Shown here piece by piece: positions 1 through 8,701 of a stretch of DNA of 59,541 bases; the stretch's first letter is position 1, and each line of letters opens with the position of its first letter. The stretch comes from Candidatus Egerieisoma sp. (GTDB lineage Bacteria > Bacillota > Clostridia > UBA1212 > UBA1255). The position numbers and the translations under genes were made by a program. Below the pieces are notes generated by a model that saw only the letters and a list, made by a program, of their open reading frames with translations, had not been told where the DNA came from and did no database searches. The stretch covers positions 1 through 59,541 of the forward strand of contig JAZNOJ010000067.1 of NCBI GenBank assembly GCA_045580735.1, in the 5' to 3' direction.

Positions 1-99
1 GCAGCAGGTGTTTCACCGGATCTTATTCGTCTTTCAGTTGGTATCGAACATTCTGACGATATTATTGCTGATATTGAAAACGCTTTGAAATCAATTTAA
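1..99 (+). CDS. 3' end (last 32 codons) of a PLP-dependent Cys/Met-metabolism enzyme (O-acetylhomoserine sulfhydrylase / cystathionine synthase-like); the 5' end lies outside the window
   Basis: Frame 1 reads [32 protein letters not shown] followed by TAA at 97-99. The [14 protein letters not shown]...AL tail is typical of the trans-sulfuration PLP family. Confidence 0.6.
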   Translation, partial: AAGVSPDLIRLSVGIEHSDDIIADIENALKSI

Positions 100-153
100 C
101 GAATTATTTATTCATTATATAAGAGAGAATGAAAAAAAGGACAGGTAATTAAA

Positions 154-3100
154 ATGAACGTAAGACGTATTTTTGTTGAAAAAATTCCCGGCATGGATGT
201 TGCAGCTAAAGCTGTTTATTCCGATTTAAAAACTAATTTAGGTATCTCGGGACTAAAAAATGTAAGACTTTTAAACAGATATGATGTGGAAGGAATTTCA
301 GAAGAAGAGTATGAATCTGCAAAATACCTTGTTTTTTCAGAACCTAATGTAGATACTGTAACTGATGAGGTATTTACTTGTCCTGAAGGAAGCAAGCTTT
401 TTGCAGTTGAATATCTTCCCGGACAGTACGACCAAAGAGCTGACTCTGCAGCACAATGTATCCAAATTTTAACACAAAAGGAGCGCCCCGAAGTAAGAGC
501 AGCTCAAATATATGTGTTAGAGGGTGACATTTCAGATGCAGACGTAGAGGCAATTAAGAAATATAGTATTAACCCTGTTGAATCAAGAGAAGCTTCTTTA
601 GAAAAACCTGATACATTAAAGCTCAAACTTGATATTCCAGAAAAAGTTGCTGTATTGGAAGGATTTATTTCTCTTAGTGATGAAGAAATCGTTAAAATGC
701 GTAAAGATATGGGTCTTGCAATGTCTGCAGAGGATTTACTTTTCTGTAGAAATTATTTCAAAGATACAGAAAAACGTGACCCTACAATTACAGAAATTAG
801 AGTAATTGACACATATTGGTCAGATCATTGTCGTCATACAACATTCTTAACAAAGTTAAATAACATAACATTCGGCAAAGGCCCTGAAAATGAAGCAGTT
901 GAAAAGGCCTTTAAAGAATATCTTGAAGCAAGAAATGCAGTATATGGAGAAAAAGCAAAAACCAGAGATATAACTCTTATGGATGCTGGAACGATTGCTA
1001 CAAAATATCTTAAAAAGAATGGTAAAGTTAAAGATTTAGATGAATCAGAAGAAATTAATGCTTGTAGCATAAAGATTAAAGTTGATGTCGATGGTGAAAA
1101 GCAAGATTGGCTTTTAATGTTTAAAAATGAAACACATAATCATCCGACAGAGATAGAACCTTTCGGTGGTGCAGCTACATGCTTAGGTGGAGCTATCAGA
1201 GATCCACTTTCCGGTCGTTCTTATGTTTATCAGGCTATGCGTGTAACAGGTAGCGCGGACCCTACAGTTCCTGTTTCACAAACAATAAAAGGTAAGCTTT
1301 CACAAAGAAAAATTACAACAGGTGCTGCAGCAGGTTATTCTTCATATGGTAACCAAATTGGACTTGCAACAGGTCATGTTCGTGAAATTTATCACAAGGG
1401 ATATATGGCAAAAAGAATGGAAATTGGTGCAGTTATTGCAGCAGCTCCGGCTGATAATGTTGTGCGTGAGAGACCTGATGCGGGAGATGTGGTTATTCTC
1501 TTAGGTGGTAGAACAGGCCGTGATGGTATTGGCGGTGCAACGGGTTCATCAAAGGAGCATACAGTTGAATCAGTTACAACATGTGGTTCAGAGGTTCAAA
1601 AGGGTAATCCTCCTACAGAGAGAAAGCTTCAAAGACTTTTCAGAAATCCTACAGCGAGCAAAATGATTAAACGCTGTAACGACTTCGGTGCAGGCGGTGT
1701 ATGTGTTGCTATCGGCGAGCTTGCTCCTGCTCTTAATATAGACTTAGATAAAGTGCCCAAAAAATATGAAGGCCTTGACGGAACAGAGCTTGCTATTTCA
1801 GAGTCACAAGAAAGAATGGCTGTTGTAGTAAGAGCTGGGGATGCCGAGGAGTTTATAAAGCTTGCTAAGAGTGAAAACCTAGAAGCTGTTAAGGTTGCTG
1901 ATATTACAGATACAGGCAGACTTAAAATGTTCTGGAACGGAAATATTATCGTTGATGTTGCAAGAGAGTTTTTAGATACAAACGGTGTTAAACAAAATGC
2001 TGATGTTATTGTTGATGTTACAAAATTCCGCCCTGAAAGAGAACATGTGTGCAAGTGTGATGCAAGCAAGAGTGTAAAGGAAAACTGGCTTGCGCTTTTG
2101 TCACAACTTAATGTATGTTCACAAAAAGGCTTGGAAGAAAGATTTGACTCAACAATCGGAAATAATACAATAGTCATGCCTTATGCGGGTAAATATCAAT
2201 TTACACCATCAGACGGTATGGCAGCAAAAATTTCAGTTGAAAAGGGAGATACAACAACGGGAAGCATTATGACATATGGCTTTGATCCATACATGATGGA
2301 AGATAATCCGTATATTGGTGCGATGTATTCGGTTGTTTCATCACTTGCAAAATTAACTGCAATGGGTGGTGACTACAAGAAGAGTTACTTGACATTCCAG
2401 GAATATTTCGAAAGACTTGGAACAGATGCAAATAAGTGGGGAATTCCTTTCGCAGCACTTTTAGGTGCATTCCAGGCACAGGTAGAAATGGGAACATCAG
2501 CTATAGGTGGTAAGGATTCAATGTCTGGTACATTTGAAACAATTCATGTTCCACCGACACTCGTTTCATTTGCTGTTGCAGCAGAAGATATTAAGAATAT
2601 TAGATCACAGGAATTTAAAAAGGCAGGAAATAAAGTTGTTTTATATACAATGCCTAAGACAGAAACGGGAGCTCCTAACTATAAAGACATTAGAGAAATG
2701 TATTCATACATTCATGAGCTTATAGAAAAGGGAATTGCCGTATCAGCTAAAGCTGTTGGTTTCGGTGGTATAGCTGAAAGTATCAGTTACATGTGCTTTG
2801 GTAATAAGCTGGGATTTAAGTTTGAGTATAGTCCTGAGCTAGAAGAACTTAATCTCTTTGAAAAGGGTTATGGTTCAATAATCCTCGAACTCGAAGCAGG
2901 CGCAGATGTAAAAGGCTTGGACAGCAGACTTATGTTCTTAGGTGAAGTTACAGACAATGCTAAGGTTTTATATGGAGATACAGAAATAAGTGTTGAAGAC
3001 ATGTTATGCGCATGGAGAAAGACACTTGATAATGTATTCCCTGAAAAGTCAGCTAACACAACTGATAATGTAAACATTCCGCTTTATAATGAAAAGAGTT

Positions 3101-3927
3101 TTAAGACTCCTTCAATAAAGATTGCTAAACCAAGGGTATTCATTCCTGTGTTCCCTGGAACTAACTGTGAATACGATACAATTAAAGCATTCGAAAAGGA
3201 AGGCGCAATCTGCACACCATTTATCTTTAAAAATTTAAGTGCTGCTGATATTGAAGAATCGGTAAATGAAATGAAGAAGCTTATTGATAATGCTCAGATT
3301 ATCATGATTCCAGGTGGTTTTAGCGGTGGTGATGAGCCTGATGGTTCAGGTAAATTTATTGCTACAGCATTTAGAAATCCTGTTATTAAAGAAGCAACAC
3401 ATAATTTATTAAATAATAGAGATGGACTTATGCTAGGTATTTGTAATGGATTCCAGGCTCTCATTAAATTAGGTCTTGTACCTTATGGAGAAATTAAAGC
3501 TCTGTCAAAGGAGGCTCCTACACTTACATTTAATACTATAGGACGCCATATTTCAAGATATGTTTATACAAGAGTTGTTTCGAACAAATCTCCATGGCTC
3601 ATGAATACAACACCGGGTGAGGTGCATGCAGTTCCAATTTCACATGGTGAGGGACGTTTCGTAGCATCACAGGAGGTTCTTGAATCACTTATAAAGAATA
3701 ATCAAATTGCTACACAGTACGTTGATGCTCTTGGTAATCCTTCAAACGATTCTGAATGGAATCCAAATGGAAGTGTTTGTGCAATTGAAGGTATCACAAG
3801 TCCAGACGGAAGAATATTAGGTAAGATGGCTCACTCGGAGCGTTACGGAAAATCAATAGGATGCAACATTCCTGGAGAAAAGAATCAAAAGATATTCGCA
3901 TCAGGTGTTGAATATTTTACTAAATAA
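154..3927 (+). CDS. purL: Phosphoribosylformylglycinamidine (FGAM) synthase, single-chain large form with a C-terminal glutamine amidotransferase domain
   Basis: 1257-aa ORF. It has AIR-synthase-like repeats (NETHNHPTEIEPFGGAATCLGG, DFGAGG) and a C-terminal GATase motif (LGICNGFQAL ... HGEGR). Confidence 0.95.
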   Translation: MNVRRIFVEKIPGMDVAAKAVYSDLKTNLGISGLKNVRLLNRYDVEGISEEEYESAKYLVFSEPNVDTVTDEVFTCPEGSKLFAVEYLPGQYDQRADSAAQCIQILTQKERPEVRAAQIYVLEGDISDADVEAIKKYSINPVESREASLEKPDTLKLKLDIPEKVAVLEGFISLSDEEIVKMRKDMGLAMSAEDLLFCRNYFKDTEKRDPTITEIRVIDTYWSDHCRHTTFLTKLNNITFGKGPENEAVEKAFKEYLEARNAVYGEKAKTRDITLMDAGTIATKYLKKNGKVKDLDESEEINACSIKIKVDVDGEKQDWLLMFKNETHNHPTEIEPFGGAATCLGGAIRDPLSGRSYVYQAMRVTGSADPTVPVSQTIKGKLSQRKITTGAAAGYSSYGNQIGLATGHVREIYHKGYMAKRMEIGAVIAAAPADNVVRERPDAGDVVILLGGRTGRDGIGGATGSSKEHTVESVTTCGSEVQKGNPPTERKLQRLFRNPTASKMIKRCNDFGAGGVCVAIGELAPALNIDLDKVPKKYEGLDGTELAISESQERMAVVVRAGDAEEFIKLAKSENLEAVKVADITDTGRLKMFWNGNIIVDVAREFLDTNGVKQNADVIVDVTKFRPEREHVCKCDASKSVKENWLALLSQLNVCSQKGLEERFDSTIGNNTIVMPYAGKYQFTPSDGMAAKISVEKGDTTTGSIMTYGFDPYMMEDNPYIGAMYSVVSSLAKLTAMGGDYKKSYLTFQEYFERLGTDANKWGIPFAALLGAFQAQVEMGTSAIGGKDSMSGTFETIHVPPTLVSFAVAAEDIKNIRSQEFKKAGNKVVLYTMPKTETGAPNYKDIREMYSYIHELIEKGIAVSAKAVGFGGIAESISYMCFGNKLGFKFEYSPELEELNLFEKGYGSIILELEAGADVKGLDSRLMFLGEVTDNAKVLYGDTEISVEDMLCAWRKTLDNVFPEKSANTTDNVNIPLYNEKSFKTPSIKIAKPRVFIPVFPGTNCEYDTIKAFEKEGAICTPFIFKNLSAADIEESVNEMKKLIDNAQIIMIPGGFSGGDEPDGSGKFIATAFRNPVIKEATHNLLNNRDGLMLGICNGFQALIKLGLVPYGEIKALSKEAPTLTFNTIGRHISRYVYTRVVSNKSPWLMNTTPGEVHAVPISHGEGRFVASQEVLESLIKNNQIATQYVDALGNPSNDSEWNPNGSVCAIEGITSPDGRILGKMAHSERYGKSIGCNIPGEKNQKIFASGVEYFTK

Positions 3928-3939
3928 TATGTTATTCAC

Positions 3940-3977
3940 AGACTGTACGGAGCAAAAGCAATGTACAGTCTTTTTTT
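3940..3977 (+). terminator. Rho-independent terminator after purL
   Basis: 9-bp perfect stem AGACTGTAC (3940-3948) / GTACAGTCT (3963-3971) followed by a T7 run. Confidence 0.75.
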
Positions 3978-4038
3978 AGTATTATAAGAAAGGAGAGGAA
4001 TATCAGCTTCGTAAGAAATGACGATATTCCGAATAAAT

Positions 4039-4839
4039 ATGAAAATAGGTTTTATTGGTGCAGGTAATATGGGTGGTGCAATTTTAAAGGGCATCGCAGC
4101 TGATAAGAAATATGAAATAGCAATATATGAAAAATCTGCTGAAAGAGCAGAAATGATGGCAAAATCCACAGGTGTTAGTATAAAGGAAACGGTGGCAGAT
4201 TTAATTGATTTTGCAGAGATTGTTTTAATAGCTGTTAAGCCAGTTCATATTGATTCTTTGATTAAAGAAATTGCAGAATGTAATAATTATGCACAAAAGG
4301 TATTTATTTCTATAGCAGCAGGAGTAAAAATTGAGCGCTTTACTAATATTTTGGGTGAAATTGCACTTGTGCGTACGATGCCAAACCTTCCAGCTATGGT
4401 ACAAGAAGGATTGACAGGTATTTATTATCATAATATGGAAGACGAAAAATATGAGATTGTTAGAAGTGCGATAAAGGCTATTTTTGATGCTTGTGGTAAA
4501 ACAGTAATTTTACCAAACGAAAGTGCAGTTGATAAAATAATATCTGTTACATCAAGTAGTCCTGCATATATTTGCCTTGTAATAGATGCTTTGGCTGATG
4601 GCGCAGTAAGAGCAGGATTTTCGAGAGCCGATGCTTATGTTATGGCAGAGCAGACAGTTTTCGGCACAGCCAAATATCTTTTAGAAACAGGAACTCTTCC
4701 AAGTGTACTTAAAGACCAGGTTTGTTCACCAGCAGGTACTACTATAGAAGCTGTTGTGGCTTTGGAAAAGAGTGGTTTAAGAAGTGCTATTTTAGATGCT
4801 ATGGATGCTTGTGAAAAGAAAGCAACAGGCAAAATGTGA
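4039..4839 (+). CDS. proC: Pyrroline-5-carboxylate reductase
   Basis: MKIGFIGAGNMGGAI Rossmann N-terminus and the SPAGTTIEA motif near the C-terminus. The track ORF starts at 4018, but the ATG at 4039 gives the canonical N-terminus. Confidence 0.9.
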   Translation: MKIGFIGAGNMGGAILKGIAADKKYEIAIYEKSAERAEMMAKSTGVSIKETVADLIDFAEIVLIAVKPVHIDSLIKEIAECNNYAQKVFISIAAGVKIERFTNILGEIALVRTMPNLPAMVQEGLTGIYYHNMEDEKYEIVRSAIKAIFDACGKTVILPNESAVDKIISVTSSSPAYICLVIDALADGAVRAGFSRADAYVMAEQTVFGTAKYLLETGTLPSVLKDQVCSPAGTTIEAVVALEKSGLRSAILDAMDACEKKATGKM

Positions 4840-4868
4840 TTTCTAGATGTATTTAAAAGGGGCAGAAT

Positions 4869-5930
4869 ATGAAAAGAGTTATTATTTATACTGATGGTGC
4901 TTGTTCAGGAAATCCAGGACCTGGTGGTTATGCAGCTATTTTAATGTGTGAGGGCGCAAAAAAAGAAATATCCGGCGGTGAGGCGAATACAACGAATAAT
5001 CGTATGGAGCTTCGTGGTCCTATTGAGGCATTAAAGCTTTTAAAAGAAAAATGCGAGGTTGAAATTTATTCTGACAGTTCATATGTTGTAAATGCTTTTA
5101 CGCAAGGCTGGGTGTATGGCTGGAAGAAAAATGGTTGGAAACGTAAAGACGGGGAGCTTAAAAATCCAGAGCTTATAAAGGAATTATACGAATTGTGCCA
5201 ATATCACGATGTAAAATGGATAAAAGTCAAAGGCCATGCGGACAATCAATACAACAATAGATGTGATGAGCTTGCAGTGGCGCAGTCACAAAAGTATAAA
5301 ACCGGTGCAGGTGATACTGCACAAAGCATTTTAAACGTTTCTAACATCAAGAAGGCAAAGCCTATAGTTGAAGAGGTTCGTGACAAAGAATATAGCGGTG
5401 AGCTTTTTGAAAAAATCATAAGCACCGAAAAGAAATTCGAAGGTCGTGTTTTTACAGCAGAGGTTTCTGTAGTTGAGCTTCCTGATGGAAATACATCTAC
5501 AAGAGAAATTATACGACATAATGGTGGAGCTGCCATAGTTGCTATTGATGATAGTAAGAATATTTTTCTTGTAAGACAATACAGAATTTCTACAGACCAG
5601 GAGCTTTTAGAAATTCCAGCGGGAAAGCTTGAAAAAGGAGAAGATCCTTTAAAATGCGCCATTCGTGAGCTTGAAGAAGAAACAGGAATGGTTGCAGAAA
5701 ATGTTAAGCATCTTTTTACAATGTATGCTACCCCCGGATATTGTTCTGAAAAATTACATATTTATCTTGCAACAAATCTAAAGCCAGGTAAAATTCATCG
5801 TGATGAGGAGGAATTTTTACATGTAATAAAAATGCCATTTGATGTTGCTTATAAAATGGTAATGAGTGGGCAGTTTTTTGATGCTAAAACTATAGCTGGT
5901 ATATTGGCTGCGAAAAACTTGCTTTTTTAA
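4869..5930 (+). CDS. Fusion protein: N-terminal RNase HI domain plus C-terminal NUDIX ADP-ribose pyrophosphatase-like domain
   Basis: N-terminus has YTDGACSGNPGPGGY, NNRMEL, YSDSSY and NRCDELA (RNase HI DEDD residues). C-terminus has the Nudix box GKLEKGEDPLKCAIRELEEETG preceded by a NudF-like beta-sheet region. Confidence 0.85.
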   Translation: MKRVIIYTDGACSGNPGPGGYAAILMCEGAKKEISGGEANTTNNRMELRGPIEALKLLKEKCEVEIYSDSSYVVNAFTQGWVYGWKKNGWKRKDGELKNPELIKELYELCQYHDVKWIKVKGHADNQYNNRCDELAVAQSQKYKTGAGDTAQSILNVSNIKKAKPIVEEVRDKEYSGELFEKIISTEKKFEGRVFTAEVSVVELPDGNTSTREIIRHNGGAAIVAIDDSKNIFLVRQYRISTDQELLEIPAGKLEKGEDPLKCAIRELEEETGMVAENVKHLFTMYATPGYCSEKLHIYLATNLKPGKIHRDEEEFLHVIKMPFDVAYKMVMSGQFFDAKTIAGILAAKNLLF

Positions 5931-5978
5931 AATTGTGTGCTATACTACTTTGAATATTAATTCAGTGAGGTTGTTTTG

Positions 5979-6788
5979 ATGTTAGATAAATCATATATTA
6001 TATCTCAGCTTTTGGGAATTCCGGGTTTTATATTGTTTTTATGCTTTAGAGGCTTATGTCAGGCGTGGACGTCTAGAAAGCTAGGTGATCCAACGGCATA
6101 TTTACAAGGATATATGACAATGAATCCAACGAAGCATATTAACTTAATAGGTTTATTGTTTCTTTTGATATTTGGTTTTGGTTTTAGCAATCCTGTTCCG
6201 GTAAATACCAGAAATTTTAAAAATATAAAAAGAGACAATGCTTTTCAAATATTGTCTTCTCCTGTAAGTGGCATTTTATTGATGTTTATTTCCGCACTTG
6301 CATTTTATGTTATGTGGTTTGTGGGATATAAGCTTGATTTGATTCATCTTACAACGGGATTATTGTTTGATACAGAAACATGCACAATGGTGGATGTTAT
6401 CGGGAGATTTCGTTATTACATTCTAAATGTATATAATAATCCGTATTCTATACTAAGTCGATGCGCTGCATATGGTACTGGAGCAGTTATGTATAATGCA
6501 ATATTATGTATTTTAGCTAGAACAGTAACAATTTCTGTATTCTTGTCTGTTTTCTTTATGTTGCCGTTGCCGGGATTTGATGGATACAAATTAATTGCAA
6601 ATTTTCTACCATATAAGGCATATTCAACACTCTATAAAATAGAAAAATATAGCATGTTTATTTTTATTGGTTTTATAGTGGTTCTAGAGCTTTTCCCAAT
6701 TGTTTATAGTGTAGTTGAGATTCCTGCGAATGTATTGATTAATTTAGCAAACACAATTTGCACTAATGCTTTAAAAATTTTTATCTGA
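5979..6788 (+). CDS. Polytopic membrane protein homologous to site-2 protease (peptidase M50) family proteins, but lacking the HExxH zinc motif
   Basis: KLGDPTA...MNPTKHINLIG...GFGFSNPVPVNTRNFKN and LPLPGFDGYK match the small M50/S2P family. The position of HExxH reads RGLCQ (nt 6048-6062). Confidence 0.6.
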   Translation: MLDKSYIISQLLGIPGFILFLCFRGLCQAWTSRKLGDPTAYLQGYMTMNPTKHINLIGLLFLLIFGFGFSNPVPVNTRNFKNIKRDNAFQILSSPVSGILLMFISALAFYVMWFVGYKLDLIHLTTGLLFDTETCTMVDVIGRFRYYILNVYNNPYSILSRCAAYGTGAVMYNAILCILARTVTISVFLSVFFMLPLPGFDGYKLIANFLPYKAYSTLYKIEKYSMFIFIGFIVVLELFPIVYSVVEIPANVLINLANTICTNALKIFI

Positions 6789-6885
6789 TTTATTTACATT
6801 TATTTACATGAATATATTTTCACCATGCTGTAAATATTATATTTGCCGATAAAAAAGGCAATTAATAATAGTGTGGTGAAATTTT

Positions 6886-7080
6886 ATGTCAAAGAAAAAA
6901 AGTGCATTCGACCAAATGAAGTATGAGGTCGCAAATGAGATGGGAATCCAACTTAATCATGGATATAACGGCGATAAGACATCTAGAGAAAATGGTGCTA
7001 TCGGCGGTAGAATAACTCAAAAGGTTTTTGAACAGTATACAGGCAAAAACTACAAAAATGATCAGCCCAAAAATTCTTAA
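6886..7080 (+). CDS. Small acid-soluble spore protein, alpha/beta type
   Basis: 64 aa. KYEVANEMGI ... GDKTSRENGAIGGRITQKV matches the conserved alpha/beta SASP motifs. Confidence 0.9.
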   Translation: MSKKKSAFDQMKYEVANEMGIQLNHGYNGDKTSRENGAIGGRITQKVFEQYTGKNYKNDQPKNS

Positions 7081-7207
7081 TTGTTTAAAATGTATTTTGT
7101 ATAATTTGAGTTTAGCTTATTATATAAAATTTACAATTTGATTTTTAAACAAATGTGAGAAAGATATTTTCATGTCAAAGAGACAAGTCAAATATCTAAA
7201 AACAATT

Positions 7208-7243
7208 ACGACTACCATATCAAGAAATACGGTAGTCGTTTTG
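7208..7243. terminator. Probable bidirectional terminator between the convergent SASP gene and the beta-helix gene
   Basis: 9-bp stem ACGACTACC (7208-7216) / GGTAGTCGT (7231-7239). T-rich sequence follows on the + strand and an A-run precedes it (T-run on the - strand). Confidence 0.55.
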
Positions 7244-7270
7244 TATGATTATATACTTTAAAAATTTATA

Positions 7271-8458
7271 TTAATTATTTTTGGTGCTTAAATGATATGG
7301 CTCTGAAATTTCGCCTATTAGTATATTGTTAGATATTTCCATTTGTGATTCGGCATCTGGTGAAATAATTGAATATATTGCACTACCAACGGGTGCATCT
7401 TGAAATATATTTCTCTTTATTTCCAATTTTCCTCCTTCTGTAGGCTCGTCTATTCGCCATAGAAAAATATGGTGTCCCATAGGCTGGGGCCAGATTTCTG
7501 ATTTTCTTGGTATGCTTTCACCGAGTACGCCAAATCCACATCCAGCATTGCAACAAATGTTATTTTCAAAGCAGGAATCAATAGGCATTTTGTCTCTGTA
7601 TTCAAAGGCTGCCATAGAATAGGTATCGAATACATTGTTTCGACATATGAAATTTTTAGTAGGAATTGTATCCTTTCCGGGTCCCTGATGTGTTACACAA
7701 GAATCATAAATATTTTTAAATATACAATTTTCAATTAAAATGTTTTCACCATAAACCCAAAATTCAATACCATTTCCAAAACGTATTTTTAAATCCTTAT
7801 CCCAAACACAGCCGCCAATATTTTTAATTATACAGTTTCTTATTGTGATATTATTTCCTCGTCCTGCTATAGCATGTACTCCACTATTTTTGAAGCAGAG
7901 TTTTTCAATAATAATATTGCTGGCTGTATGTGCTAGAACTCGGTTGTTATACGAGATACATTCTATTTTATTGTATATTGTCGCAGGATTTTCTGTAGAA
8001 TAAAGCAATACTATTTCGTCAGTTGCTTTATATAGTTTTTTTTCACACGTTCCAAATCTTGAATCCCAAAAGCTCCCTTGTGTTTTAAGATCTGATTTAT
8101 CCCAACATAGTGTTGCTGTGCATTCGTCGTTGTTAAAGACAAAATTTCCAACTTCACCTGGAATTTTCTTTTGACATTGCCATATATTTTGTGATATTTC
8201 CAACCAGTCAGAGGCTTCGCTTACATCGACGGATGCAGAAAATGTTGGCGCCGTACCTTCACCGTAAGAAGAATAACAAATTGGATTGTTCTCTTCACCG
8301 GCCTTTAAAAGTAAATAATTATAAATATTGCCACACTTAAACAAAACATTGTCACCTGGTTGTAAATTAATATTATCCTGACTTTTTTTAGGTTCTTTTT
8401 GTGTTAAACCGGTATTTGAATCATTTCCTAGAATATTATCTATGTAATATGTAGCCAT
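7271..8458 (-). CDS. Right-handed parallel beta-helix repeat protein (pectate-lyase-fold), no signal peptide
   Basis: The N-terminus YYIDNILGNDSNTGLTQKEP is typical of this family. Repeated N-I/C-I-I-x-N-x segments are present (ITIRNCIIKNIGG, ILIENCIFKNIYD, FICRNNVFD). Confidence 0.6.
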   Translation of the reverse strand: MATYYIDNILGNDSNTGLTQKEPKKSQDNINLQPGDNVLFKCGNIYNYLLLKAGEENNPICYSSYGEGTAPTFSASVDVSEASDWLEISQNIWQCQKKIPGEVGNFVFNNDECTATLCWDKSDLKTQGSFWDSRFGTCEKKLYKATDEIVLLYSTENPATIYNKIECISYNNRVLAHTASNIIIEKLCFKNSGVHAIAGRGNNITIRNCIIKNIGGCVWDKDLKIRFGNGIEFWVYGENILIENCIFKNIYDSCVTHQGPGKDTIPTKNFICRNNVFDTYSMAAFEYRDKMPIDSCFENNICCNAGCGFGVLGESIPRKSEIWPQPMGHHIFLWRIDEPTEGGKLEIKRNIFQDAPVGSAIYSIISPDAESQMEISNNILIGEISEPYHLSTKNN

Positions 8459-8622
8459 ATTGTAACCTCCTGAATTTAGTATAATAATTTAGAATGTTTT
8501 GTTGAAAGCCATATTGCTATATAAAAATTTTATTAAGTTTATCAAATAATTAGATTAGTGTAAATAGAAAATAGTATTAAGAGGCTTTTTCTACAAAAGT
8601 ACAATGATTCTAAGCAAAATTC

Positions 8623-8651
8623 TTGACGAAAACAACCTATAGATGTATATT
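8623..8651 (+). promoter_or_regulatory. Sigma-A-type promoter for the 8702 operon
   Basis: TTGACG (8623-8628), 17-nt spacer, TATATT (8646-8651), with TG immediately upstream of the -10. Confidence 0.5.
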
Positions 8652-8701
8652 ATATAAGTTATATTAGGCTTGTATGCAAGTTAGGATAAGGATTTGTTTT
8701 T

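Noticed and set aside
1629-2177. Long antisense ORFs inside confidently assigned genes. Examples: 1629-2177(-) in purL, 5246-5662(-), 12741-13220(-) in mazG, 39685-40131(-), 46372-46719(-) in alaS, 53438-53941(-) in coaE, and 57234-57605(+) in spoVT.
   Set aside because: Each lies wholly within, and opposite to, a gene with clear family motifs. Their translations are low-complexity (S/L/I/F-rich) and have no start context. These are typical shadow ORFs of AT-rich genomes.
6789-6885. Forespore (sigma-G/sigma-F) promoter upstream of the SASP gene, and a 10-bp tandem duplication ATTTATTTAC x2 (6788-6807).
   Set aside because: GAATA is present, but I could not find a convincing CATxxTA -10 at 17-18 nt spacing. 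The duplication is short and AT-rich. A sigma-G promoter is expected biologically but is not supportable from sequence alone.
7172-7261. 29-codon mini-ORF (MSKRQVKYLKTITTTISRNTVVVLYDYIL) in the SASP/beta-helix intergenic region.
   Set aside because: It has a weak RBS. The terminator hairpin (7208-7239) lies inside it, so it is better explained as non-coding terminator sequence.
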